Shown: piece by piece, positions 53,220-64,000 of the stretch | Position numbering within the stretch: the stretch's first letter is position 1 | Layout of the letters: every line of letters starts with the position of its first letter | NCBI GenBank assembly: GCA_050084985.1 | Contig: JBITNC010000001.1 | Location: forward strand, 67,084,001-67,148,000 | DNA from: Nageia nagi | Taxonomy: Eukaryota > Plantae > Pinophyta | Length of the DNA: 64,000 nt | Direction: 5' to 3' | Program-made: the position numbers and the translations under genes | The notes under the pieces: generated by a model | The model's input: only the letters and a program-made list of their open reading frames with translations | Told to the model about the DNA's origin: nothing | The model's database searches: none

Positions 53220-56200
53220 AGTCCCCGATCTGCTCGGATATAGCCTACATCTGGTATTTCCAGATGACCATTTGTCTCATGGATGATGGATGTTATGCTT
53301 CAGCAAACTAAGGTCATCGAGGTCTATATGTTCTTGTATTAGGATTTGAGCCTCTACCATTAGCGCCTCTTTCTTCCTCACGTTGTTATCCTCCACTTGG
53401 AACTTGAGTTGATCGACATACTTGCTCGCTTGCTCCTTGACCTCTTTCCTCAAGGGGTTTCTTAGTTTCAATACTACATTACACTTTTCAAGTGCATGCT
53501 TCAGCCAGTCGTGATGGTAAGTGAATTGATGGCAGTAGAACAATTTCCTGGGCCTATTAGCGAGAAGTTGTTGCAAATGGGAGACGATGAGGAGGTAGTT
53601 CTCCAACTTGTTGAGGTGTGCTGTGATTTGTGCTTTAAGATCCCGGATTTCCACACCCTCTTCTAGAAGATGATGATAGTTTCCATCATCTCCTTCTTCA
53701 GCTACCCCTTCATCAACTCCCAACCTTCATGGAAAGAGGTCTGCTTCTTTAGATCAAGAGGGGTGGTACTGATATTTTCAAACTCTTTAACGATTTTCCT
53801 GCTATCCTCGAGCTCCCTTTTCAGTCTCTTAACCTCTTTCTTGGATTCATAGCCCTCCGGTTCCACGACTTTCAACATTTTGGGTTACTATGTGCTTTCG
53901 GGCCGTCAGTCCCAACTTCACAGGCATCTTAAACGTCTCTATCATACATTCTTCTACCCTCTGAGGATATTTCTCTTTTGAATAGCAATGACTGATGGAG
54001 ATCTCCTTTCAGGAGGTCGAAACAAATGTGTCAACCATCCTGATCTTCTCACCATCGAAGGCTCCTCTTCTTCATCTTCACAACACAGATCTTGGTCTAT
54101 CTCCTCATCCTAAGTCGTACTCATGCTGAGGGCTCTAAGGCAAGCATCTAAGTCAAGGTCTGGATGTTCGATTGTTGGCTGAGAAGGAAACCTCTGCACC
54201 AACAATAGACCTTTGCTGACCTTCTCAAACTGTTTGGTCGAAGTGGTCAGAATACGGGCCATCTCCTTACCTTGGTGCTTGTCCTGCTTTCTCTACCTCT
54301 TTTGCTCTTCAATCTCCCCTTCGTCTTCTTTATCTACGCCATTGCCAACTATTGATATGCCTTTGTCCTGTGGTTGAAGGGATCTTTCATGGAAGGTTCT
54401 TTTTACAAGGGGTTTCTAGGAAGACAAAGGTGACCGCATTCTTTGCTCGGCAGGAGAGGGTTTTGGAGACACCCACCTCTTTGCCACACTTTACTCCGAC
54501 GATTTGGACCCTGTCATCATCATAGGTCCCAACGTCCACAATCTCATCAGCATCTGGGACAGTATTAATCTTCGTTTCATCAGGTGTGGAAGACCCTATA
54601 CCTACATTATCTTGTTTGTGGTACTATTCGTCAACAACAGCATCATTATCATCTTCTTCTTCTTCACCATGGCTTTCTTCATCACTGCTCTGGTTCCCTG
54701 ACTCTTCATCAGAGCCTTGTACTATACGGTTGGGTTCCCCATCAGTCTCTTCATTGAAAGAAGTGGAATGCTCAGAAGAACTAGAACTTGGTTGCAATGG
54801 GGAAACCTTTTCTCCACATCCAGGATGACGAATGGGTGTGGAAGGAATGTCCTTTGTGGGTGAACCATCGACATAAGCCTCCTCCAACATATCCAAGGGG
54901 ACACTGCGATAGAAAACATCTCTCAAATCGACCATCACCACACTACATTTACTAGGGCTTGATGTGTGCTCCCTTGAAACTCCTCTCTTCCTGATAGGAA
55001 GTAAGGGCACGCTGCCTTGTGGAGGCGCAGCACTAGCAGGCACGTTTTGATCGTGAGACATCTCTATATTTCACCTTAACAATGTGTTGTCTATGAGGTG
55101 GCCTTTCGGCTAGGAGGGGCTCCTTCTTGCTCAAAAGAGCATCTATTCGTGCAATTTCTTCCTCACTCCGCACATTTCGATACTTCTCCACATACCCTAA
55201 CTATTTATGTTGAAAAGCGATTGGCTTATAGAATGAGATGTTGTAGAAATGGGCAATTACACCTCTAGGCTCATAATTTCTATATGTTGCCACTATCAAG
55301 AAGATATTGTAGCAGCTCCTTTTTCATATTGCTGGCGTCAACCCACAACTAGCAAACATAACTTGCAATGGAAATGGGCAAGTTAATGGTTGCATTCTTC
55401 TATATCCACACTCTTTCCTTCATAAACAACAATTGTCTAGCAAACTCCATGAGAATAAGTCTGTCGTAGCATATTTGGGCTGGAGGAGGGGTTGCTCTTT
55501 GGAAGCATATACCCTGATGAATATATGGACCTCATACTGCAGATAGAACTCTCCATGTACGTTAATGGTCTAAATGGCTGCATCAGAAATCCTCTTAAAT
55601 ACGAACTCCCCTTTAATGTCTTTGTAGATAGAATATGCCCACCTATCATTTCTCTAATAGAATTGGGCAAATTTGTTGTGATACAACTACTTCAGGTATA
55701 CATGCCACACAAGAATGCCTTTCTCTCCCAAGTATATTTTATCTGCAAGCTCTTTGGATCTGAGTTTGCCATGTAACAACTGGTACACCAAATAAGAGTT
55801 CATGTCAAACCTCTTCGACGAACCAAGATAAGCTAGCTGGTGGTGTCGGGCATCACTCATCACCTTAGTCCATCTAAAGGCTCTCCGCGAAATGATTACT
55901 ACAATAAACCTTGTGAACTATTTTCTGTACTTGGAATCACTTTTCCTAACCTATAACTCTGGACAACAAAGTGCTCAACATGGCCACTGTAGGTAGGAAT
56001 TCCTCCCTACAAGCATTGACCAATCTTTGGCCCTGGATGTTCTGATACTCTTCAGATACCCATGGGGAATGTAGTCCCCTTGCCTAGTAATGGAATCATG
56101 AAACTCCTTAGAACTTGCTAGTGTGTAGTCATCCTCATATCTTTTCCAACCAAAGGTTGCTTAAATTCCATCATGGAAGAAATCCATGATCACATTACCT

Positions 56201-56598
56201 TCTGTGTCCAAGAGGACTCTCTTATCAAATTTACATCTCTTGGCTACCGTGTAGCACAAGTCAGGAAATGGTACTACGAAAGGTATCACAGTGCCATTCA
56301 AAAATCCACAAGTGTGGATGAGTTCATCTGGCAAGTCCTCCTTACTATTCCAAGCAATGGAGGCCATGGTTTGGATGGGGTAAAGATTTCTGCTATGTGT
56401 ATCTCCAACGATGTTGTATCTCCCCTTGAACTTGGCTTCAGGGAGCTTTGGTCTTTCCCTTATTCGAAATTCTACATTGCTCTCTGTAAAGAGCCTAATC
56501 ATCTGGTCTTTAGTCACATGTCTCTCAAATAGCTGCCCTTGAACTTTCTTGGCCTTTAGTAGGGGTGGCTTCACTTTGGAAGACATTTGAAAAATCAT
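53220..56598 (-). pseudogene. ORF-X copy in unit C (last codons continue at ~47933-47760)
   Basis: ORFs 56161-56598, 54624-55061 and 53277-53723 are pieces of one frameshifted gene. Motifs IPFVVPFPDL, FRWTKVMSD, FDMNSYLVY, HGEFYLQYE..IFIRVYAS; acidic tract; helical tail. Confidence 0.9.
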
Positions 56599-57569
56599 GG
56601 AGAAAAGGATCCAAAAATTCTGGAAGTGCCTAAAGAATACAACAAGGACTAGTCAGAATACCCTGAAAAATGCAACGAGAAAGAATCAAACATGAAGTTT
56701 TGGGTTGCAAACATCTAGGAACATGAAGTTTTGGCGTCTCACAATCAGCCACTGTCAGCTTGGAACCCTGGTCGCACGGTTTCAGATGAGTCCTTTTTCA
56801 CTGCCTGAAAAGCACCCGACTGGGTCCTAGGTCCCTTAGTCAATTTTAGAGCATCATTTCTTCATGTCACACCTGGGCGCATGGATTTAGGTAAGTGGAA
56901 AACCATGTACTGCAAAGCATGCGCCTTAGATTCCAAGGTTCAAAATGGAATGCCTTAGCCAAAATGACTAACTGGATGTACAAACAACACCCTAACTCCT
57001 TATTCCTCCCTGTAAAACCAATTTGAATGAGTGCAAAATAATGTGCTCGAAATGTTGCAATTAAGGATCTGGATGCAAATCTACAATGAAGCAATGAAAA
57101 TGACCAAGGGGTTGCTTAGTACCGACAGCTTTACGGGTTGGCATGTATCACCTCTTGGTTGGCTGAAATTGAGGTCAAATGATGGGGCTAGGGTGAAGGG
57201 TGCACGGTTTCAGGTGTGTGAAAAAGCACCCTTGCTCGTACCCTTTCAAAGCATACGCCTTGAAACATGCACCTGGCCCTCTCTTCTTGAATTCCAACAC
57301 TTGGTCAATTTTATCCCTAGCCTAAGAGGTTTGGGATTGGGCGCTTGGTTTTGGAGGGGTGGGTTTTAATGTTTCCCAGAATGGTGCAACTGGCCTATGG
57401 CACACCTCCCAAGACCAAAAATTTCAAAAAAAAAAAGATTAAAAAAATGTACTTTGAAACAAGGCACATGTTTTAGAGGACGTGCTTTTTCTCCTTAACT
57501 CCACACAGTTCTCCAAAATTAACCTTCCAAATTGAATAACTAAGGCTGACCTTCCTTTAATAGCCTTCA

Positions 57570-58590
57570 CGGATGGGACAGGTGTCATCTTGTGATTGGC
57601 GCCCGAAGGTGTCAAATGCATGTATCCACACTTGTCAACATCCAGGCCCAACACTAAACCAAATTTTATTCCTCGAACTTGGTCACAACATTTAGGCATG
57701 TCTCTCAAAACGTGCAACTAACTGTTTAGGACATTACTTCAAAAAAGGTTAAGTATAGGACCTCTTCTACCTTGGTCGCACTGTTTTGGGGACATGGAAA
57801 AGCATGTCCCTGAAAACATGCAACTAGCCTTTTCACATGCAAAGATAAGTGACTACAAAACTATTCTAGGTATGCGGCTAGCCTTTTTATAGACTTCTCG
57901 GATTGGACAGGCGTCATCTTGTGATAGGTGCCTGAGGGGGTCAAATGCATGTATCCACACTTGTCAACATCCAGGCCCAACACTTAACCAAATTTTATTG
58001 CTCGAACTTGGTCGCACCATTTAAGCATGTCCCTCAAAAAGTGCAACTAGTTGCTTTGGTACTTTACTTCAAAAAGTTAAGTATAGGACCTCTTCTACCT
58101 TGGTCGCACCGTTTTTGGGACATGGAAAAGCATGTCCCTCAAAAAAAGCGACTAGCCTTTTTACATGCAATGATAATCGACTACAAAAATATTCTAAGCA
58201 TGGGACGTCCACAACCATGGTCGCACCGTTTTGGGGATATGCAAAAGCGTGTCCCTTAAAACATGTGGCTAAGCCTATTCATCATGATTTTGCAAAAATA
58301 TGCTACGTATGAAAGCTCTGAGCCCTGGTGGCACCATTTTGGGTACATGCAAAAAGAATGTTCCTCAAAACATGCGACTTGCTGGAAAACATGATTTTTC
58401 TCGATAATTTGAACATAACGATTCCAGCATGAAGATGCAATGAAATAGGGATGGGTTTTTCAACATGAGGAACCTGAAAATGCAATTTTTAAGTGCTAAA
58501 AATGAAGATATGAGTACAAAAATGTAGCATAAAGTTCGTCCAACCGTTTAGGGGATATGCAAAAGTATGTCCCTCAAAACATGAGACTAA
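57570..58590. repeat. ~329-bp direct duplication plus ~50-bp palindromic units in the U3 of C
   Basis: 57571-~57875 resembles 57900-~58205. GGTCGCACCGTTTTGGGGACATG-(G/C)AAAAG-CATGTCCCTCAAAACATGCGAC variants at ~57773, 58009, 58101, 58218, 58327 and 58540. Confidence 0.9.
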
Positions 58591-61500
58591 GAAAAGATGC
58601 GATTTTCTGATTGGATTTCATAATGTTAGTGCAGATTTAACATGTTTCTTGTAGCTAGACCAATGATACGTGCATTCCCATAGACAAAACTTCGACCAAT
58701 CATTTGTGCTTCATTTTATGAGGGTCCTCAAAATTCAAAAATTTTGGGGGCTATTGTGCAAGAACAAGCAAGTATAATGTTCAAGTCAACCTACTTATTA
58801 ATGTCTTCAACTACCAAGTTAGCAACCTTAACTTCACTAGCAATCATTCCTTGACTAGCCACTTCCTTATTTACGTCCCGGATCTCTAAGTTGAATAAGG
58901 TGCGAGATTATCTCAAAGCCCGTGCATTTATAATGATGTTGTGCTTCATTCTTGATGAACAAACAATCTCGGCTGGGACCTCTTTTGTTTCAACTGTGAC
59001 AACGAATTTTATAGCCTTATTCTTTCTCGAGTAGAGCTTGTCCTTGTAGGTGACTTTGCATATAGTAGTAGTGAGAGTATCAATTTGTCAAAGTTCTTCA
59101 TTTTCAACTTCGAAATCTTCTCCTTGCAGAGATAATTTGAACTCAGGTTTCCCAGCACTACAACCATGTTGAAGCGTTTGGGTTTCTTATGTGGATTTCC
59201 ACACGGGACCATCTCTCCTTCTTCAATGATATAGGTATCATGCTCTACTTGTCTTTTCTTCCTACGTACGTCATCATTTTCTCTGTCTTCTTCCTAATTT
59301 CCATCATCTTCCCTAGAAGATGATGCCATTGTCCTAGATCTTGATGTACACCTTCTAAGGAGCGAATTTTGGGATGCTACTCCTACTGCTTGTTGTACAA
59401 TCATATCAATCACGAGATTGTCTTTATCAAGAATCTCTATTGCTTTACCAACTTCTACTCTATTAAAGGCAATGTCTCAATTCACTTCCATGTCGATGTT
59501 AATGATTGCATTAAGATCCATCTCTTCATCAAACTTTGTCGAGATACTCGATCCATAGTTGTCAGAACTTGATGATGATGTACTAGGATTCGAATTCATG
59601 CGAGCGCCACTTCGATTCAAATCTTGTGCGAGATCTATCGTATTCTCCAAGTGTTTGAACAGTTGAGGGATCCAGCATAACATTAGTTTCAATAGTTTCT
59701 CCGGAGATACTATTGGTAGCATATTGCCCTTTTTGTCCTTGCGTCAGGGTCACTGAGGGTGATATTATAGGGATAACATACCCATGGCATGGGGGTACTA
59801 TGACCTGTGCCTCAGCTTTCAGCCTAGCAACTTTTTTGGCTTCTCTTTGTTTCTCTTCTTTTTTCAATTCCCTCTGAATCTGTTGAACCTACAAGCTATC
59901 TTGAATGTTCTTGTACCTTTCTATATTGCTGACGAACATATGTGGATATGATAAACCCCATCTTTTCTCAAAAAACGCATCAATCACTCCATCAAGATCA
60001 TAGTGATCTACAGCTACCTCAGTTTGGAATTGATAAACTGCCAACTCCTACTCTATCAAGTTGATTTGATGCCAAGTAGTGCATCATACATTCCAATGAT
60101 AATTGGTAATTGGTAAATGGTAAGTTGGTGAAGATTTCTTTGTTGATACCTTATCATGTAGCCTAAGAAAGTGTCTAGAAAATTCCATGAGAATGAGTCG
60201 ATCACTTGCATAGCAAGGCAGCTTGTAGGGAGCTTCTTGGAACCATAGATTCTGATATACAAAAATTCTATGTCTTCCATTTAGAAGTCTGTATGTCCCT
60301 TGATACCAGTAGCAACTTCATTTGATATTCTACATAAGTTGCTTTTGACCATGATCTCTTCATATATTTTTCCATCAAAACCCGTATTCATCATCATCCA
60401 ATTACCGTCATTCCATCTGTTGTGAGAATAGAACCATAGGAAACTCTCCCATACTAGGTGCGTGGGGTCAAATAAGAATTCAATGTCAACAATGGAAGTT
60501 ACCCTCTCCCTACTGTGAAAGAGTAGGAACACTAGGTAAGAGTTCATGTAGATTTCTTTGCCGGCCTGCACGGTTTTCAACTATTGGGCCAAACAATCGC
60601 TAATCACTCTACTCCACCTTATGCCTTTACCGCTACTAATTATATCTATAAACCTTGCAAACTCTGGCCGGAATTTGGTATTGTCTTTTGTTCGATCAAT
60701 ATGGAGTGCAGTCATATAATATTGGAAACTATAGGATAATTTTTTTCTCTTAAATTTCACCAAGGTTTTCCCAATGATGTGCTTACAATCATTAGCTAAC
60801 CAAGCTCTAACCAAATCACTGCATTATTTTTATGCAAGAGTCCATGTCTTCTATTGTCGTAATGCTTTCCCAGTTCATAGCACATCTCTAGGAAGGGTGA
60901 GGCAAATGACACCATCGATATCATTACTAGTAAGGATGATCTCCATGTGTTGTTTACTAGTAAAGCAAGATCCATACATTGTATCTTTGTCAATGTTTTG
61001 ATTGGGTCCAAGAAGTTACAATCCGTATATCCACCTTCATTCAGACGATCAATGATATTTGCTATGGGCACCACCGGCTCTGTAGTATGTTCAAGGGTAA
61101 TGTGGCTTTCCATCATGAGCCTTTTTTGCTTCCAGGCTTTGATCATGTTAAGTGAACAACACATTGTTAGGAAAGCCCTAGCAACTATCTGACACTTTTA
61201 GGCAGAAAGAAAATATTGGAAATTTTCATAAGTGTGCCATCATTGAAAGTGAGTGAAATTGGAATGATACCAAGGTAACTAACTCTAAGGGGGAAGTGCC
61301 TTGGGAAGACTTTGGGAAAATTTGGGATTTTTGGAATATTTTTCGACATTTTTGCTCACAAATGGAGCTTGCTGGAAAACAATAGACTTATCATAATTTT
61401 GCCAATGAAAGAGAGGGCAAATTAGGAAAAATGGTCAAATGATGTTGGAATTGGTTTCTAACACCTTAGGTAGATGGGGAATGAAGGGAGAAGATGTTTT

Positions 61501-61962
61501 GGATTTTGAAACGGTCACTTCCGACTTGAAAAACACATTTTAGTGCACTTTGGAAATTTTCATGGATTTTTTCAAAAAAAAAAATTGAAAAACTTGGATT
61601 TTAGGCACTCTGATCTTGGATATTGGAACTTTTTTGTGTTTTTTTGGCTGAAATTAAAAATGATCCCAAGGGTATTGGGTATCCAAATATGTAATCCAAT
61701 TTGAAATCTGAAAAAATTATTTCTCACGGGTTTGGGATCTTGGAAATTGAAAAACTTGAAAAAATTGGATATAAGTGTGAGAGTGCCCTAGGATCTTTGA
61801 GTTTGGTGATAAAAAGGTGTTTGGCTACGGTCTCAAGACACCAAATATTGCTCCAAGGCTGAAAGTTGGGTTTTCCTCCTTTCTTAGCTCTCCAATTCTT
61901 CAAAAACATGGCAATATGTAGATGCAAATAATAATTGTGAGCAATATGGAGGGGTGACGGTG

Positions 61963-62000
61963 TATTTATAGACTTTAGACTCAATATATGCCACATGTCA
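61963..62000 (-). promoter_or_regulatory. Putative internal ORF-X promoter of unit B
   Basis: Minus TGACATGTGGCA (62000-61989), then CTATAAATA (61971-61963) and TCACCCC. Same arrangement at 52188-52157 (-) and 39828-39856 (+). Confidence 0.6.
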
Positions 62001-62444
62001 ACACCACATTAACCAAAAAAGATGACTTTTTGCATTTTTCATGTTTGCTGAAAATTTAAAAACTTGCCAAATTTGCGCCTATTAATAGGAGGAGGAGGTT
62101 TGGACAAATTTGCATGCTCTTAGAGGCAAAGTTGAAGGATTATGCATGCTCCTTCACATTTGGATTCTAAAACTTGGTATTTTTGAAGAAATATCCATAT
62201 ATTTAATCTTTTTTGCTTTTCAATCATTTTGGAGGATAAATCCATGGTTTGGAGGAGTTTTTCTAGTCCAAATTGCACACTTGGAAGACCAAAATCATGT
62301 AGAATCACAAAACCTAGCTCATAAAGGCCAGAAATTGCAATTTTCGCAAGTTTTGGGCATCAAAAAGCTTGGCATAGGTTTTACAAGGCATACAGAGTTT
62401 TTTCGAAGTTTCAAAAGTTAGATATCTTGGAAAACCAATGACTA

Positions 62445-63300
62445 AGATTTAGGGGGGCAATTATTGCTCATTTTCAATAATTTCAAGAGCAAAGTTGCTC
62501 AATTTGCCATTTTCCACCCTACCTATCTCTCCAATTTTGATTTTAGAAATTTTGAAAATTTGGTAAATTTTTTAAGCTCTCTCATTGGCTGCCCACTTTT
62601 TTCATGATTTTGAAGGAGTAGATAAAATTTTTTTCAAAAAGTTATAACATAAAATTTCTGCAAAATTGGATTTCACATGCTTCTATGATAAAAAATTTCA
62701 AAACTTACAAAAAATTTCAAAACTTGGAAAACCAGGACCTATGATTTTAGGGGCAAATTTTGATCATTTTCACTAGTTCCAAGAGCAAAGTTGCTCAATT
62801 TAGGATTTCCCATTTTATGTCTTTCTCTAATTTTGATTTTACAAATATTTGAATTTTTGGAAAATTTTCGAGTCCTGTCATTGGCTGTCCAGTTTTTCAT
62901 GATTTTAGAGAAGTAGATCTTAGTTTCTTGAAACACGCAAAACATCAATCTTGAGTGGAATTACATATTACAACCCATGAAGCTCAAAAAAATCATTTTT
63001 GACCAATTTTAGGCCTCCATAATGCTAGGCGCAGGTTTGACAAGTTTTGGAATGTTCAAGCCAAGTTTGAAAAGTTCTAAAACTTGGCAAATCCCCCTAG
63101 CAAATTGGAGGGAAAATATTGAGTTTTTTCAAAATTTCCAAGAGCGAAGTACTTATTTTATCATTTGGCATCACACCTTTCTCTTAGATTTTCTATTTGA
63201 CAACTTTGGAATTTTGGGAAAATTCGAAGCATTCCTATTGGCTGCCCTTAACTCCTCTATTATCATTTTTCTGTTTTTTCCACTTTTGAGGGAGCAAAGT
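62445..63300. repeat. Degenerate ~300-bp direct repeats in the U3 of B
   Basis: GATTT(T)AGGGG..CAAGAGCAAAGTTGCTCAATTT..CATTGGCTG..TTTTTCATGATTTT at ~62445 and ~62742; partial copy at ~63100-63250. Confidence 0.8.
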
Positions 63301-64000
63301 TTGTCCAAATTACAAACTTGAAAAACCAATTTGATGTACAATTGCATTCTCCATGCTCTCAAGCTCAAAAATTTCGAAGTGTACTCTCCATAATGCTAGA
63401 CACAAGTTTTCCCTAGTTTGGAATATTTAGGAAAAATTCAAAAACATGGCAAATCCACCTTAGGAATGTTTTCCCTATTTTATCATTTGTCATCACACCT
63501 TTCTCTTAGATTTTCATTCCAACTTCATTCAAAAAAACACATTTTTCTAGGTCTATGCTCAACTCCATACATCTTGGAAGCATCACTTCTATGTATTCAT
63601 CTCGTCCCCTAGGGAGCTCCTCCGACCGGAACTAAAAGATTCGAAGCCAAAATGAGCCTGAAACCGGATTCTTCATCACCTTGTGTCATCAAACTCTCTG
63701 TTATCAAGAATCTACATTGCCTATCCAACACTGGAAGGAAGCATTTGCTTGCTAATTTGATCACTTTGGACAAACACTAGTTTGGTGCCTGGATGCCTTC
63801 AATACTCTAGTGATCCTACGTTGAATAAACTGCTTCATATTATCCATGATAACATTCCTTCAAAATGTTGTAGAACTATCTCTTGGACCATCTCACTTGT
63901 GAGCCTTGTCCATTCTAGTTCGCTATATTTGCAAAACCTAGCTCCCCAAAATGCTGCATCTTGGGGTGTGTTGTCCAGACACAACAACAAATGGGCATGC

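Larger units (their letters stand above)
45606..58753 (-). mobile_element. Unit C: ~7.9-kb ORF-X-bearing solo-LTR-like element (13.1 kb with nested D)
   Basis: Host B rejoins as TTAGCTTGTGCAAGAAC. TTGTG is duplicated at 45603-45607 and 58754-58758; alternatively TG...CA ends with TSD GCTTG and a 4-nt loss at the right end. No terminal direct repeat, no gag/pol. Confidence 0.8.
44990..61164 (-). pseudogene. ORF-X copy in unit B (61164-58754 joined to 45605-~44990)
   Basis: VSFASPFLEMCYELGKHYD; GIRWSRVISDCLAQ; IYMNSYLVFLL; GHTDF..LYIRIYGS; Ser-rich middle. Across the insertion, YFEEEGLHSLVEGLDNLIIRWKKGYSIMFD matches the tail of copy A. Confidence 0.85.
43924..63986 (-). mobile_element. Unit B: ~6.9-kb ORF-X-bearing LTR (probable 5' LTR), split by unit C
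   Basis: Right end GGTGTGTTGTCCAGACACAACA resembles A's GGTGTGTTGTGCAGGCACAACA. Left end TGTCGTAGATG..CAACCTG resembles A's TGTCAGGATG..CTACCTG. Shares CCACTTTGTATTA and the TATA-region block with A (~44700-44815 vs ~25950-26075). Confidence 0.8.

Noticed and set aside
51950-58590. CRISPR-like repeat-spacer pattern of palindromic units
   Set aside because: Units are degenerate and irregularly spaced, lie in plant LTR sequence, and no cas genes are present.
63987-64000. PBS or TSD to the right of unit B (ACAAATGGGCATGC)
   Set aside because: Wrong side for a PBS given B's minus orientation, only a 3/5 match to the left flank, and the window ends here.

Overview
AT-rich, CpG-depleted plant nuclear DNA (gymnosperm-like by inference) made almost entirely of old, nested, degenerate transposable elements. 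I found no intact host gene, RNA gene or CRISPR array, and the ORF track is mostly fragments of frameshifted TE frames. Junctions and target-site duplications (TSDs) give this layout: (i) a + strand Copia (1-~4020) split by a 1.77-kb solo LTR; (ii) further Copia and Gypsy remnants at 4.4-12.4 kb; (iii) a + strand Copia (12420-32084) holding a gag-less - strand Copia (13703-24397), which holds a full-length L1 LINE (16606-23212) with an extra 3' ORF, plus a 5.7-kb TG...CA unit (25237-30969); (iv) a + strand Gypsy pol and LTR at 33.1-36.9 kb; (v) a three-level nest of giant LTR-like units at 43.9-64.0 kb. The main observation is a family of 5-8 kb LTR-like units (TG...CA-type ends, 5-bp TSDs where visible, no terminal direct repeats; one followed by a tRNA-Gly-like PBS and a gag-like remnant). 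Each unit carries inside its inferred U3 a decayed gene of ~1000 codons ('ORF-X') that is not gag, pol or env and has its own G-box/TATA promoter-like module. Six homologous ORF-X copies occur in the window. All alignments were done by eye, and coordinates of degenerate boundaries are approximate.
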